A stretch of 62,218 bases of DNA, filler included, from Hausera hauseri (taxonomy: Eukaryota), in assembly GCA_046269625.1 (NCBI GenBank). It is 11 parts of 11 records of this genome, joined end to end, with 100 filler letters (N's around TTAATTAATTAA, not from the genome) between each part and the next. Parts side by side here need not be neighbours in the genome. Positions count along the whole stretch, not along the records: positions 13,086 to 17,618 come from JBJURY010538564.1; positions 17,719 to 22,012 come from JBJURY010651441.1; positions 22,113 to 26,538 come from JBJURY010588000.1; 8 more parts are not named here. One strand, written 5' to 3'. Made by a program: the position numbers and the translations under genes. The notes under the pieces are model-generated. The model did no database searches. It saw only the letters and a program-made list of their open reading frames with translations, and had not been told where the DNA came from. Each line of letters opens with the position of its first letter. The first letter of the stretch is position 1. Positions 13,086 to 23,200 of this stretch are shown here, in pieces.

Positions 13086-13330
13086 CCCGGATCCCACGCG
13101 TGGGACCCCTCCACGTGGAGGAATGAGATGTGGGTAGAGTGATTCTACTGGCAGCGACCCGACTGCAAACGTCCCTCGCGTGGGGGGGCGACTGTCGGAT
13201 GCCTGGATCCCTCGCGTGGGGGCCGTGGCGACGAGGGACCCGACTGTGGAATACCTGGAGCCCTGGTGGAGGGCGTGACCTCCGACTGCAAAAATACCTG
13301 GCCCTCTCGTGGGGTGGGGGGGCGAAGGAA
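13086..13330. repeat. GC-rich, palindrome-rich repeat region (resembles viral homologous-repeat regions)
   Basis: Perfect 14-bp palindromes TCCCACGCGTGGGA (13092-13105) and CCTCCACGTGGAGG (13108-13121); recurring CCCTCGCGTGGGG and CGACTG(CAAA) units; CGACTGCAAAAATAC-TGG shared with 15868. Confidence 0.75.
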
Positions 13331-13377
13331 ATAAAGTCATAAATATTCTATTATATAACATATATTTNNNNNNNNNN

Positions 13378-13403
<26 letters not shown>

Positions 13404-13448
<45 letters not shown>

Positions 13449-13458
13449 GCTATATAAG
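13404..13458 (+). promoter_or_regulatory. poly(dT) tract plus TATA box (TATATAAG) upstream of the 584-aa ORF
   Basis: T42 at 13404-13445, TATATAAG at 13451-13458, ATG at 13530; same layout upstream of the RNR gene. Confidence 0.6.
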
Positions 13459-13529
13459 GCGGTCCCTTCCCTCATTCCCTCCGGACCTTTGGACGATCAA
13501 CACCAAGGCTCTCTCGTATTTTTTCAAAG

Positions 13530-15284
13530 ATGTCAAAGCATTCGCGGGTAATTTCAACAATGAGATGCAAGTTGATCAGTTATCAAAGAAGAGTGCGCTT
13601 ATGCCAAACTCGAGTAACGTGCCCTCGATGTGACCACATTTTGTTGCCTTCGCAATTTGTAGACCATCTCTTGGATGAGCACGATATTCAAATTAAAAAT
13701 GCATGTCCGTGGTGTTTGGGTCATCATACATGGAAATCTAGAGAAAAACATCTTCACGAGGATCATTTGTCGCTTTGTTTTAAATTGTTTATCGATGCTT
13801 ATCGGGTATCGATACCACTCGGAGAAGAGGTACCAGTCAGAGAAGAGATACCATGCAATCGCGGCCAACCCATCTTTGACATGACTCCCATGTGCCCAGA
13901 GAGGGATTTTTTCGGCCATCGGAAATTGACCCACCTCTGTCCGGAAGCGTACGATCGATTCGGTGGTAGCAGCGACGACGACACGGAATACATGTTCCTC
14001 GGCCACGTGGGACTCGCCGCTCACTACGTGAAAATGTACTCGGAGGAACCCTCCTCCTCCTCCACCGAATGGTTCCACGTCATGGTCCGCGCCGAGACTT
14101 TCGACAATTTCGTGTCCGCTTTTCGACACTACGACGGCCAGGCGACCCTCTTACCGTTTTCCTGTTGGTGCGACGGCGGAAGGAAGAATCGGAAACCCGC
14201 GGAACACAGGCACATGATCATCGTGGCCGACGACGGAAAGGATTTCATGAAGCGGTGTTGGAATAAAATCAAAAATAAATTTGGGAAATGCAGACGCATC
14301 CAATCCTTCATGCACCTGATCAACACGATCGGTTACGTGAGCGGTCGCCGATCTTGCTGCCAGTTTACCTTCGAAGGCCGCAGGTCGTCCGACAACCATT
14401 ACTACATATTCTGCTCCTTGCCCAAATCGTTTAAGAAATGCTTGGCCCTCTGCTACCCCGACGGTTTGAAGGCGGTCTTCACCCAAGAAAAGGGAAGTGT
14501 TTCCATGGCAGACGTTCCGCACGCCGTCAGGGTCCACGAGCAGTGGAAAATTCCGGTGGGCGATCTGCTCCGCGACGAAGACGAGAGGAATATCGTTTTG
14601 CCCCTGCAGAAGCACTGGAGACCGTCGGCGATCGTCGAGTACGATCCCAAATTAAAGGACCGAACCTTTTTACACTTGATGAACGGTAAAGTCTGGTTGC
14701 TGGAGAAAGATCCGTCCCTCGAAGCCTTGGACGAGAGCGAGTGGGTCGAGGAACAGGCCAAGTCGGGCAACCGATTCTATTCCATCGTCGAGAACGAATG
14801 GTGGACGCCCACCAAAAACCAGCAAAAGTGCCTCAACGACATCCAATCCCTCCGGGATCGTGCCAGGGTACTGGAATGTCGGCTCAGCGTCCAATCGAGA
14901 GAGGCTCGACACCACGAGAAAGCGAATCGAGATTTGAGAAAGAGGGAACGGCAATATCGGGAAGAAATCGACAGATGTCGTGTGGAAATCGCGGAATTGA
15001 AAGTGGAAAACGACAGATGTCGTGTGGAAAACACGGAAAACGCCAGATGTCGTGTGGAAATCGCGGAATTGAAATTGGAAAACGACAGATGTCGTGCGGA
15101 AAACGCGGAATTGAAAGTGGAAAACGACAGATGTCGTGTGGAAAACGCGGAATTGAAATTGGAAAACGACAGATGTCGCGTAGAAATTGCTCGTCTAAAG
15201 GTTGAGCAGAGGGAAAAACGACTCGTCGAGGAAAATGCTCGGCTCAATAACCTCTTGTGGATAAAGAGGGCGCGACGAGAATGA
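13530..15284 (+). CDS. 584-aa intact, intron-less protein: C2H2 and C2HC zinc fingers, putative HUH-endonuclease-like core, C-terminal coiled-coil repeats
   Basis: CPRC-x11-HLLDEH, CPWC...HLSLC; WFHVMV / EHRHMIIV / HLINTIGYVS arranged like rolling-circle motifs I-III; 14-aa repeat ENDRCRVE(I/N)AELK(V/L); ORF is solid, HUH call is inference. Confidence 0.75.
   Translation: MSKHSRVISTMRCKLISYQRRVRLCQTRVTCPRCDHILLPSQFVDHLLDEHDIQIKNACPWCLGHHTWKSREKHLHEDHLSLCFKLFIDAYRVSIPLGEEVPVREEIPCNRGQPIFDMTPMCPERDFFGHRKLTHLCPEAYDRFGGSSDDDTEYMFLGHVGLAAHYVKMYSEEPSSSSTEWFHVMVRAETFDNFVSAFRHYDGQATLLPFSCWCDGGRKNRKPAEHRHMIIVADDGKDFMKRCWNKIKNKFGKCRRIQSFMHLINTIGYVSGRRSCCQFTFEGRRSSDNHYYIFCSLPKSFKKCLALCYPDGLKAVFTQEKGSVSMADVPHAVRVHEQWKIPVGDLLRDEDERNIVLPLQKHWRPSAIVEYDPKLKDRTFLHLMNGKVWLLEKDPSLEALDESEWVEEQAKSGNRFYSIVENEWWTPTKNQQKCLNDIQSLRDRARVLECRLSVQSREARHHEKANRDLRKRERQYREEIDRCRVEIAELKVENDRCRVENTENARCRVEIAELKLENDRCRAENAELKVENDRCRVENAELKLENDRCRVEIARLKVEQREKRLVEENARLNNLLWIKRARRE
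14964..15200 (+). repeat. Coding tandem repeat, 42-bp unit (two heptads), about 5-6 copies
   Basis: Repeated GAAAACGACAGATGTCGTGTGGAAA(A/T)CGCGGAATTGAAA(G/T)TG, one unit shortened in frame. Confidence 0.95.
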
Positions 15285-15294
15285 GATGTTGGTA

Positions 15295-15308
15295 TAGAGT
15301 GACTCTAC
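15295..15308. terminator. Conserved palindrome (G)TAGAGT-G-ACTCTAC just after an ORF stop; other copies at 13134-13148 and 16381-16395
   Basis: Three copies, each 5-10 nt downstream of a TGA (13124-26, 15282-84, 16373-75); whether it is a terminator, origin or element end is unknown. Confidence 0.5.
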
Positions 15309-15867
15309 TAATTACGTGGCTTAAAAAAAAAATTTTAAATAATAATTTTTTAAATAATAATATTTAAATTTTTCTTTTTTAAAATGTTGATTTCCTTTCG
15401 GACCTTTGGACGATCAACGCCCACCAGGATCTCCAGTATTATTTTCATTTCTTTTTTTTACGAATGCAAAGATACAAATATACGGCAGCGTGGGCGCAGG
15501 ATGCAAAGCTAGGATCTCCCACCCCTCGCTCGCCGAGACGCACCGCCCGGCCTGGTCGCCGGAGCCTCGAGCAAAAGAAAATGGATCCCCTCCCCCCGAG
15601 GATTGAGATTTGGATGCCGAGGACTTGGAAGACCCCCCCCCCGATTGAGATTTAGATGCCGAGAACTTGGACGTGAATTTCCCCACCTCAGATCCCCGGC
15701 TGACGCGGTGGTGGGAGGCGCAAGGAGGAGAGGAAACTCTCGAAGCCACCGTCCCCGGCGATCGCCGTCGCAGGTTTGAGGAGAGGGAGCCGCCATCCAA
15801 ATTCCAGAAATGACCAGCGAGGATGATGAAGCAGAGTGCCTCCGTCGGTCGGGGGGGTAGTAGCAGC

Positions 15868-16196
15868 CGACTGCAAAAATACTTGGAGCGCCGGACCCCT
15901 TGTGAATAAAAAATAAAATAAAAAACGGGGAGTAGGGGAATGCCCACAATCGGTGGGGGTTGTAGCACGTCCGGTACCGCAATCTCTTCCTGCCCACAAA
16001 CTTTTGCGGTACCAACGCGGTCACTGTGACAGTCGACTGCAAAATACTTGGAGCGCCGGACCCCTTGTGAAATAAAAAAATAAAAAAAACAGGGAGTAGG
16101 GAAATGCCTACAATCGGTGGGGGGTTGTAGCATGTCCGGTACCGCAATCTCTTCCTGCCTACAAACTTTGCGGTAGCAACGCGGTCACTGTGACAG
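15868..16196. repeat. Direct tandem duplication, 166-bp unit x2
   Basis: Units start at 15868 and 16034 with CGACTGCAAAA(A)TACTTGGAGCGCCGGACCCCTTGTGAA and end GCGGTCACTGTGACAG. Confidence 0.95.
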
Positions 16197-16571
16197 AGGT
16201 CCTCGTCCGGAAAAAACTACGAGCTCGTCGACGACGAAACAATAAACACCACAAGACCCGATATGAAAAGGAACCCAACCCAGAATCTGGCCGAACATTT
16301 GGATTAAAATTAAATTATGACCCAACCCTGAATCTAAAGGGAATTTATAAAAAAGATGTGGGTAATGTCGGGTGAGGGTGGTAGAGTGACTCTACTGATC
16401 GAATATTTGGATTTAAAATTAAATTATATGAAAATGGTGGTNNNNNNNNNNNNNNNNNNNNNNNNNNNNNNNNNNNNNNNNNNNNNNNNNNNNNNNNNNN
16501 NNNNNNNNNNNNNNNNNNNNNNNNNNNNNNNNNNNNNNNNNNNNNNNNNNNNNNNNNNNNNNNNNNNNNNN

Positions 16572-17522
16572 AAATTTATGGTCATCTTTTTTAGACATGA
16601 CACCGCATTTTTGGTATTCTCCCACTTTTTTCTCAAAAAAGTTTGTTTTGCCTTCGAGACTTATATGTTCCATGAAATCAAAAGGGTTGTCCACATCAAA
16701 AAACTTGTCGCAATTTAATTCCACCAGTAACCTGTCGGCTACAAACTGAATGTACCGTTTCATCAATTTGGTGTTCATCCCGATTAGATCCACTGGTAAA
16801 GCTTCGGTGAGAAACTCTTGTTCGATTGCAACCGCGTCCGCTATTATCTGGAGAATTCTTTCTTTGGACGGTTTGTTAACCAAATGGTTGTTAAATATCA
16901 GGCATGCGAAATCACAATGTAAGCCCTCGTCTCTGCTGATCAATTCGTTGCTAAAGGACAGACCAGGCATCAATCCTCGTTTCTTCAACCAGAAAATAGC
17001 CGCGAATGAACCCGAGAAGAAAATTCCCTCCACGGCGGCAAAGGCTACCAATCTCTCGCCAAACGAGGCATCATTGTTAATCCAAGAGAGAGCCCATTCC
17101 GCCTTCTTCTTCACACAAGGTAGGGTCTGGATCGCGTTGAAAAGTTTTTCTTTTTCTTGGCTGTCCCTGATATACGTGTCGATGAGAAGGCTATACATCT
17201 CCGAGTGCACGTTTTCGATAGCTATTTGAAATCCATAAAAACAACGCGCCTCGGAAATTTGAACCTCGGCCGAAAATTTCTCAATCAAGTTTTCATTGAC
17301 GATCCCATCGCTGGCTGCGAAAAATGCCAAGACGTGGGAAATGAAATGCTTTTCCCCAACTGAAAGATTTTCCCAGTCACTTAAATCTTTGGATAAATCT
17401 ACCTCTTCGGCGGTCCAAAAGGAGGCCTCGGCTTTTTTATACATTTGCCAGATGTCTGGATACTCGATCGGAAATATTACAAATCTATGAGGATTTCTAC
17501 GCAGCAGTGGTTCCTCGTTCAT
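16572..17522 (-). CDS. RRM2: Class Ia ribonucleotide reductase small subunit (R2), intron-less, no N-terminal extension; last few codons fall in the N gap 16442-16571
   Basis: [16 protein letters not shown]...[34 protein letters not shown] (radical Tyr), [30 protein letters not shown]; all di-iron ligands present. Confidence 0.97.
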
Positions 17523-17551
17523 TCTTAAATAAATTCAAAGTATCTTTGGGG

Positions 17552-17560
17552 CTTATATAA

Positions 17561-17618
<58 letters not shown>
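17552..17618 (-). promoter_or_regulatory. poly(dT) tract plus TATATAAG box upstream of RNR R2
   Basis: A52 at 17567-17618 (+ strand), CTTATATA at 17552-17559, about 30 nt upstream of ATG 17522. Confidence 0.6.
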
Positions 17619-17718
17619 NNNNNNNNNNNNNNNNNNNNNNNNNNNNNNNNNNNNNNNNNNNNTTAATTAATTAANNNNNNNNNNNNNNNNNNNNNNNNNN
17701 NNNNNNNNNNNNNNNNNN

Positions 17719-18293
17719 TTTCACTGAGATATAACTGTAGTAATAATATAGGGGGCGCACTCGAGTCAAACTTTACCCAACAATATCAATGCGTTAAGAA
17801 CTGCTCACTGATGATGCACAATAAATCTGGTACAGATCAGATGATGTGTCACTGAGATCTAACAGTTTGAATAATCTAGGGGGATTGATATATAACTGTT
17901 GGAATAATGTAGTGGGGCACTAGAGTCAAAGGTTAAGTAACATTAAAATTTGTGTAAAAGTGTTCACTAATGACGTACAATAAATGTGGTGCACATTGGA
18001 TGATATATCTCTGATCTGTAACTGTTGGAATAATGTAGGAGCACACTAACGTAAAATGTTAAAGAACAATACCACTATGTATACAAGTTCTCACTAATGA
18101 TACATAAAACCTGGTGCAGATCAGATGATATATAATTGAAATATAACTGTTAGAATAATGTAGAGAGCACACTTGAATCATATGTTAAACCACAAAATGA
18201 ATGTGTGTGGAAGTACTCACTGATAACACACCAAAAATCAGGTACACATTGGCTGATATTTCACTGAGATATAGCTGTAAGAATCATCTAGGG
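17719..18293. repeat. 128-bp satellite, left arm (more diverged units)
   Basis: Units contain TCACTGAGATATAACTGT...GGGGCGCACT(G/C)GAGTCA...TGATGATGCACAATAAATCTGG, same as 21001-21850. Confidence 0.88.
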
Positions 18294-21000
18294 CAGGGGT
18301 GGGCAAACTTTTTGACTCGTGGGCCACAGAGGGTTCTAAAATTTGACAGAAGGGCCAGACCAGGAGCAGATGGATGGAGTGTTTTGGTAATTCATCTCAT
18401 TAGAGAAAAAAATAACATATACTGTATGTAGAAAACTTGCTTTAATTTCAATAGAAAATTAACAGAAGCATTACAACAAAATATCTCTTCCAAGTCCCAC
18501 AGAATTTCTTACTGAAATGACTCTTAAAATACTGAAAATTCAATTAACAAAATACAGCTTTTTAAAAGTACTAACAGTTACCATATTGAAGCATTTAAAG
18601 TTTTGATATCCTTCAGGACATTATCATCACTCTCCTCCTGAACATTTCAGAAATGGATGGAGATGCAGATCATCGGAACAGTGACAGCATGCCAGTATGT
18701 GGCCATGTTATATATATCTGGTGCGCATTGTTTATATAAAGGCAGTGCACCTGCACACCACTTATGTGCGCACCTTAACAGAAATGACATGTAACATGTA
18801 AATCCATTTTTTACAGCAGAGGATGTAACACGTAGAGCCGAGAAACTTACTTTTGATTTCAGTGGGAACAGTGTTGTTGGTGTCCCTTTTTAAGCAGCCC
18901 ATCAAAGTCTGGAGTCAGTTTTGTCATGGCGATTCTCAGGATGGATCCGAGGTGTTGGTCAGTCAACTTGAATCTGTGACTGGCTTTGTTGAAGTTCATG
19001 ACGCTGAACGTCTGTTCACACACGTAGGTTGAGCCGAACAACGCAGCATCTTCTGTGCCATCCTCCGGAGGTTTGGAAACACCGCTTCATTAAGTGAAGC
19101 ATAAAAGTCATTCAGTTTAAGAGACTTGAACTTCTCTTTTAGGACAGCGTCAGCCTGAAGGTCGATCAGTTCTAGCTGTAGTGCTTCTGGTGCTGTTTCG
19201 GGGTCTTGTGACAGGGGACAGGCCACCAACTGAAGTGACTTGTTGATTTTCTCAAAATCAACAAAGCGACGGCAGAATTCATTGTTGAGTGCATCCAGTG
19301 ACTCGCTGTATTTCTTCACTTTTGCGCCAGCCTCCTCTTTCAGTGTGGCTAGTGTGGGGAAATGAGTGAATGACACATTTAAGATTTGCTTGGAAAATAA
19401 AGCCAGCTTGGCTTTGAAGGCTTTCACACTTGTGTACAAGTCATGCACAAATCGATCCTTCCCCTGTATGTTCACGTTCAGCTCATTCATGTGTGAAAAT
19501 GTATCCACAGCAAACGCAAAGTCACAAAGCCAGTTCTTGTTGCTCAGCTCGGGAAATTTGTCGGCCTTCCCCAGTAGCTCCAAAAATGCACCTATCTCCT
19601 CTTTGAGGTCCCACACTCGTTGAAACACTTTGCCCAAGCTTAACCAGCGGACACTGGAGTGATAAAGTAGGTCCTGGTGCTCTGCATCAGTTTCCTCCAA
19701 GAACGCAATGAACTGACGGTGCTGAAGTCCCCTTGCACGTATAAAGTTGACAAGTTTTACGACAGGATTCCAAACATGATTCGGCTGTAATACAGATTGA
19801 CACAGAGATTCCTAGTGGATGATGCAATGAAGGAAAATAACATCCTGGTCAGGATTTTCTTCTTTCACTTTATCCTGGATTGTCCTCAGCAGGCCAACAT
19901 TTTTCCCTGTTAAATTAGGAGATCCATCTGTGGTGATGTTGATAAGTTTACTCCAAGGCAGCTTCATATTTTCTATGATAGCAGACACCCGGTTATACAA
20001 GTCCTCCCCCCGTGTTTTTCCTTTCATAGACTCCAACGTCAAAAACTCCTCTGTTATTTCAAAAGCATCGTTAATTCCTCGGATAAAAATGAGGAGCTGA
20101 GCAGTTGAATTTACATTGTTGCTTTCATTCAGCGCTAATGTATAAAACGTGAACGACTCTGCCGTTTTCTTTAAGTTGCTAGTTAGATCTTCGTCTATCA
20201 GTTCCACACGGCGAGTCACTGTCTTGCTTGATAGACTGATTTTCTCAAACTTGTCTTTGGCCTCTGGACACAAGACACCTGCTGTCTCCACCATACATTC
20301 CTTTAAAAACTCACCTTCAGACAGAGGCTTGCTGGCCTTTGCTATTTGAATGATAGCATAAAACTCGCCTTGGTACTTGACTCTTGGATGGCACTTTGAT
20401 GATGAAATAAATTGTGTTGAGCTTGTAAATTAGCTACCAACCTCTGAGCAGTAGCTTCCTGTTCTTTCTCAGACTGCTTGCTAGCATAGTTGGCATGTTT
20501 TGTAGTAAAGTGACAGCTGATGTTATACTCTTTAAAAACCGCCACAGTCTCTTTGCATATCAGGCATACAGCAGTTGATCTGTGTTCGGTAAAAAAAATA
20601 TTTAGTTGTCCACTTCTTATTAAACACTCGACATTCTCTGTCCACTTTTCTTTTTTTTAGCTCCGCTCATCATTACAGAAGGGTTGAGCTGTCAAAGAGG
20701 GAAAATGCTGAGTAATGATGCATTCATAGGGTGTCAGAATGATCGTAAAAATCACTTTCCCACTGGGAAAAACAACTCGGCAAGCCGAATCTTCCGACAC
20801 CACTTGAATGCAGCATAAGACAGTGCACCTCAACAAAGGTCAGTGTATCAGAGTGTGCCATCTATCGAGAAACACCACAATTGCAGAGAAAATAAAACAT
20901 TAACAAGGTTTACCATTATAATTGATTCTGATTCGGGGGACCGGATTAAAACGCTTAACGGGCCGCATACGGCCCCAGGGCCGCAGTTTGCCCATCCCTG
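18294..21000 (-). mobile_element. Full-length hAT DNA transposon, Buster/Charlie (GTF2IRD2/SPIN-like) group, 2707 bp
   Basis: TIRs CAGGGGTGGGCAAACT (18294) and AGTTTGCCCATCCCTG (ends 21000); exact 8-bp TSD ATCTAGGG at 18286-18293 and 21001-21008 with central TA. Confidence 0.97.
18859..20673 (-). pseudogene. hAT transposase (BED finger, DDE core, dimerisation domain), disrupted
   Basis: CLICKETVAVFKEYNISCHFTTKH; LALNES (catalytic D to N); TTDGSPNLTG; HCIIH*; VRWLSLG; FGSTYVCEQTFS; stops at 20342 and 19812, frameshifts near 20650 and 19040. Confidence 0.93.
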
Positions 21001-21850
21001 ATCTAGGGGGCACACTGGAGTTAAATTTTAAACAACAACACCAATGTGTGTAGAAGAGCTGACAGATCATGCACAATAAATGTGGAAAAGATCTGATGAT
21101 ATATCAGTGAGATATAACAATTTGAATGATGTAGAGTGCGCACTGGAGTCATATGATAAACTACAGTCACTGACATCTAACAATTTGAATATACTAAGGG
21201 GCGCACTTGAGTCAGACGTTAACCCACCATATCAATGTGTACACAAGTGCTCACTGATGATGCAAAATAAATCTGGTTCAGATAGGATGATGTATCACTG
21301 AGATATAACTGTTGGAATAATGTAAGGGGCGCACTGGAGTCAAAATTTACACAACAATATCAATGCATTTAGAATTGCTCCCTGATGATGCACAATAAAT
21401 CTCGTGCAGATCGGATGATGTTTCACTGAGATATAACTGTAGTAATAATATAGGGGGCGCACTCGAGTCAAACTTTACCCAACAATATCAATGCGTTTAG
21501 AACTGCTCACTGATGACGCACAATAAATCTCGTGCAGATCGGATGATGTTTCACTGAGATCTAACAGTTTGAATAACCTAGGGGGCGCACTCGAGTCAGA
21601 TGTTAACCCACCATATCAATGTGTCCACAAGTGCTCACTGATGATGCACAATAAATCTGGTGCAAATCGGATGAAGTATCACTGAGATATAACTGTTGGA
21701 ATAATGTAGGGGGCGCACTGGAGTCATATGTTAAAAACCAAAATATGAATGTGTGTAGAAGTGTTCAGTGAGGAATCACACTAAGTTTCGTCCAGATCGG
21801 ATAATGCATCAGTGAGATATATCTTTAGTAATGATATAGGGGGCGCTGTG
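21001..21850. repeat. 128-bp satellite, right arm
   Basis: The CAC of GGCGCAC falls at 21204, 21332, 21460, 21588, 21716 (exact 128-bp spacing). Confidence 0.93.
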
Positions 21851-22112
21851 GAGAATATTGGCCACTTATCATGGATGCCTGTTGAAGTGGTGGACAATGA
21901 TCAATCTTTGCAATTTTGGTGCACCTCGGTTCAACTGTGTGGAATTTAGAGCCAAACGTATGGGGACGGCGTCACATCTGAGATTGTCACGCCACCACGC
22001 CCACATCCTCCANNNNNNNNNNNNNNNNNNNNNNNNNNNNNNNNNNNNNNNNNNNNTTAATTAATTAANNNNNNNNNNNNNNNNNNNNNNNNNNNNNNNN
22101 NNNNNNNNNNNN

Positions 22113-23200
22113 TGTCTACAAATCATCAGCATTATCATGTTCCTTTGGTGGCTTTGTAGTGTTGTAACGATAGTTGTATAGGGAAATGTTGACTTTTTAA
22201 TGTCTTGGTAACGTTGTAGTGGTAGGGGAATGTGGTGGTGGGTTATTTTTTATTAATAATTATCATCATTATCATGTACCGTTGGTGGATTTGTAGTGTT
22301 GTAATGTCGTTTGTATAGGGAAAGGTAGTATTGTTTTGTGTCTCGTTAAAGTTTTAGGGTTAGGGGAATGTGTCTAGTTAGTAATCGTGTGTCGTTGGTC
22401 GGAAGTTTGGTGGTTTGTGGGTAATGTTGTTCATGTATCTTGATAAGTTGTAGTGACATGTTTTATTAGTAAGCGTGTGTCAGTCGACTTTCAGCCGTAA
22501 ACAAAACTGACTTTTTGTTCATATGTTGTCCGTTAGCGACGGCCATGTCGGCTTTTTAGTGTAAAAGTCCTCGCTTTAATGACGGACAGGTCGGCCTTTT
22601 AGTGAAAAAGCCTTGTCGTTACACTATATAATTATATATACAAATGCCGGATGAGCCGGACTTTAGTGAAAAAATGTTGTCCGTTAGCGACGGCCATGTC
22701 GGCTTTTTAGTGAAAACGTCCTTGCTTGAATGACGGATGAGTTGAACTTTTAGTGAAAAATGTCGTTAGCAAATGGGCTTTGTTGCTAATCTTTTCCTCG
22801 TGACAAAGGTCACGTCTTTTCCACGTGATTGATGTTACGGATCACAGATCAAGGGCACAGGTTACGACTGGTCGTTGTTCCACCCGATTGTCGTTACGGG
22901 TCACTGATCAAGGTCGTCGAGCCCGTGTTGTATACAAAAACGTTGACTCGGTTTTGTCTGTAAACGCTTACGAAAACAAGTTACAAGGTCAGTGATATTA
23001 AGAAATAGAATTTATGTTAGTGAAACGTTAATGTTGTAAAAGAATCTATCTTTAGTATTTGTATTAGTGAAACGTTAGTTTTGTAAAAAAAAAATGTATA
23101 GTTGTAAAAAGAATTTATGGTTAGTGAGCCGTTAGTGTTGTAAATAAATCTATCTTTAGTATTCGTATTAGTGAAATAGTAGTAAAAAGTTAGTGGTTTT
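22113..23200. repeat. Complex interspersed repeat, same family as in contig 38783-45638
   Basis: TGTAGTG..AGGGGAATGTGG blocks, ~43-bp ACGG..A.GTCGGC.TTTAGTGAAAA subrepeats and TCTTTTCCTCGTGACAAAGGTCAC / TTTGTCTGTAAACG / GCTTACGAAA(A)CAAGTTACAAGGT shared with 38783-39060 and 42600-43588. Confidence 0.85.

Noticed and set aside
14964-15200. CRISPR-like array
   Set aside because: No unique spacers; in-frame coding repeat for a coiled coil; eukaryotic or viral context with no cas genes.
15464-15815. Acidic ORF with TGA read-through or an alternative genetic code
   Set aside because: The neighbouring 584-aa gene uses TGG for Trp and ends at TGA; decay is the simpler explanation.
16750-17229. 159-aa plus-strand ORF, and the antisense ORFs over 13599-15247
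   Set aside because: Shadow frames of the RNR gene and the 584-aa gene, with no independent motifs.
21001-21850. CRISPR-like array in the 128-bp repeats
   Set aside because: Whole units are homologous; ordinary satellite.
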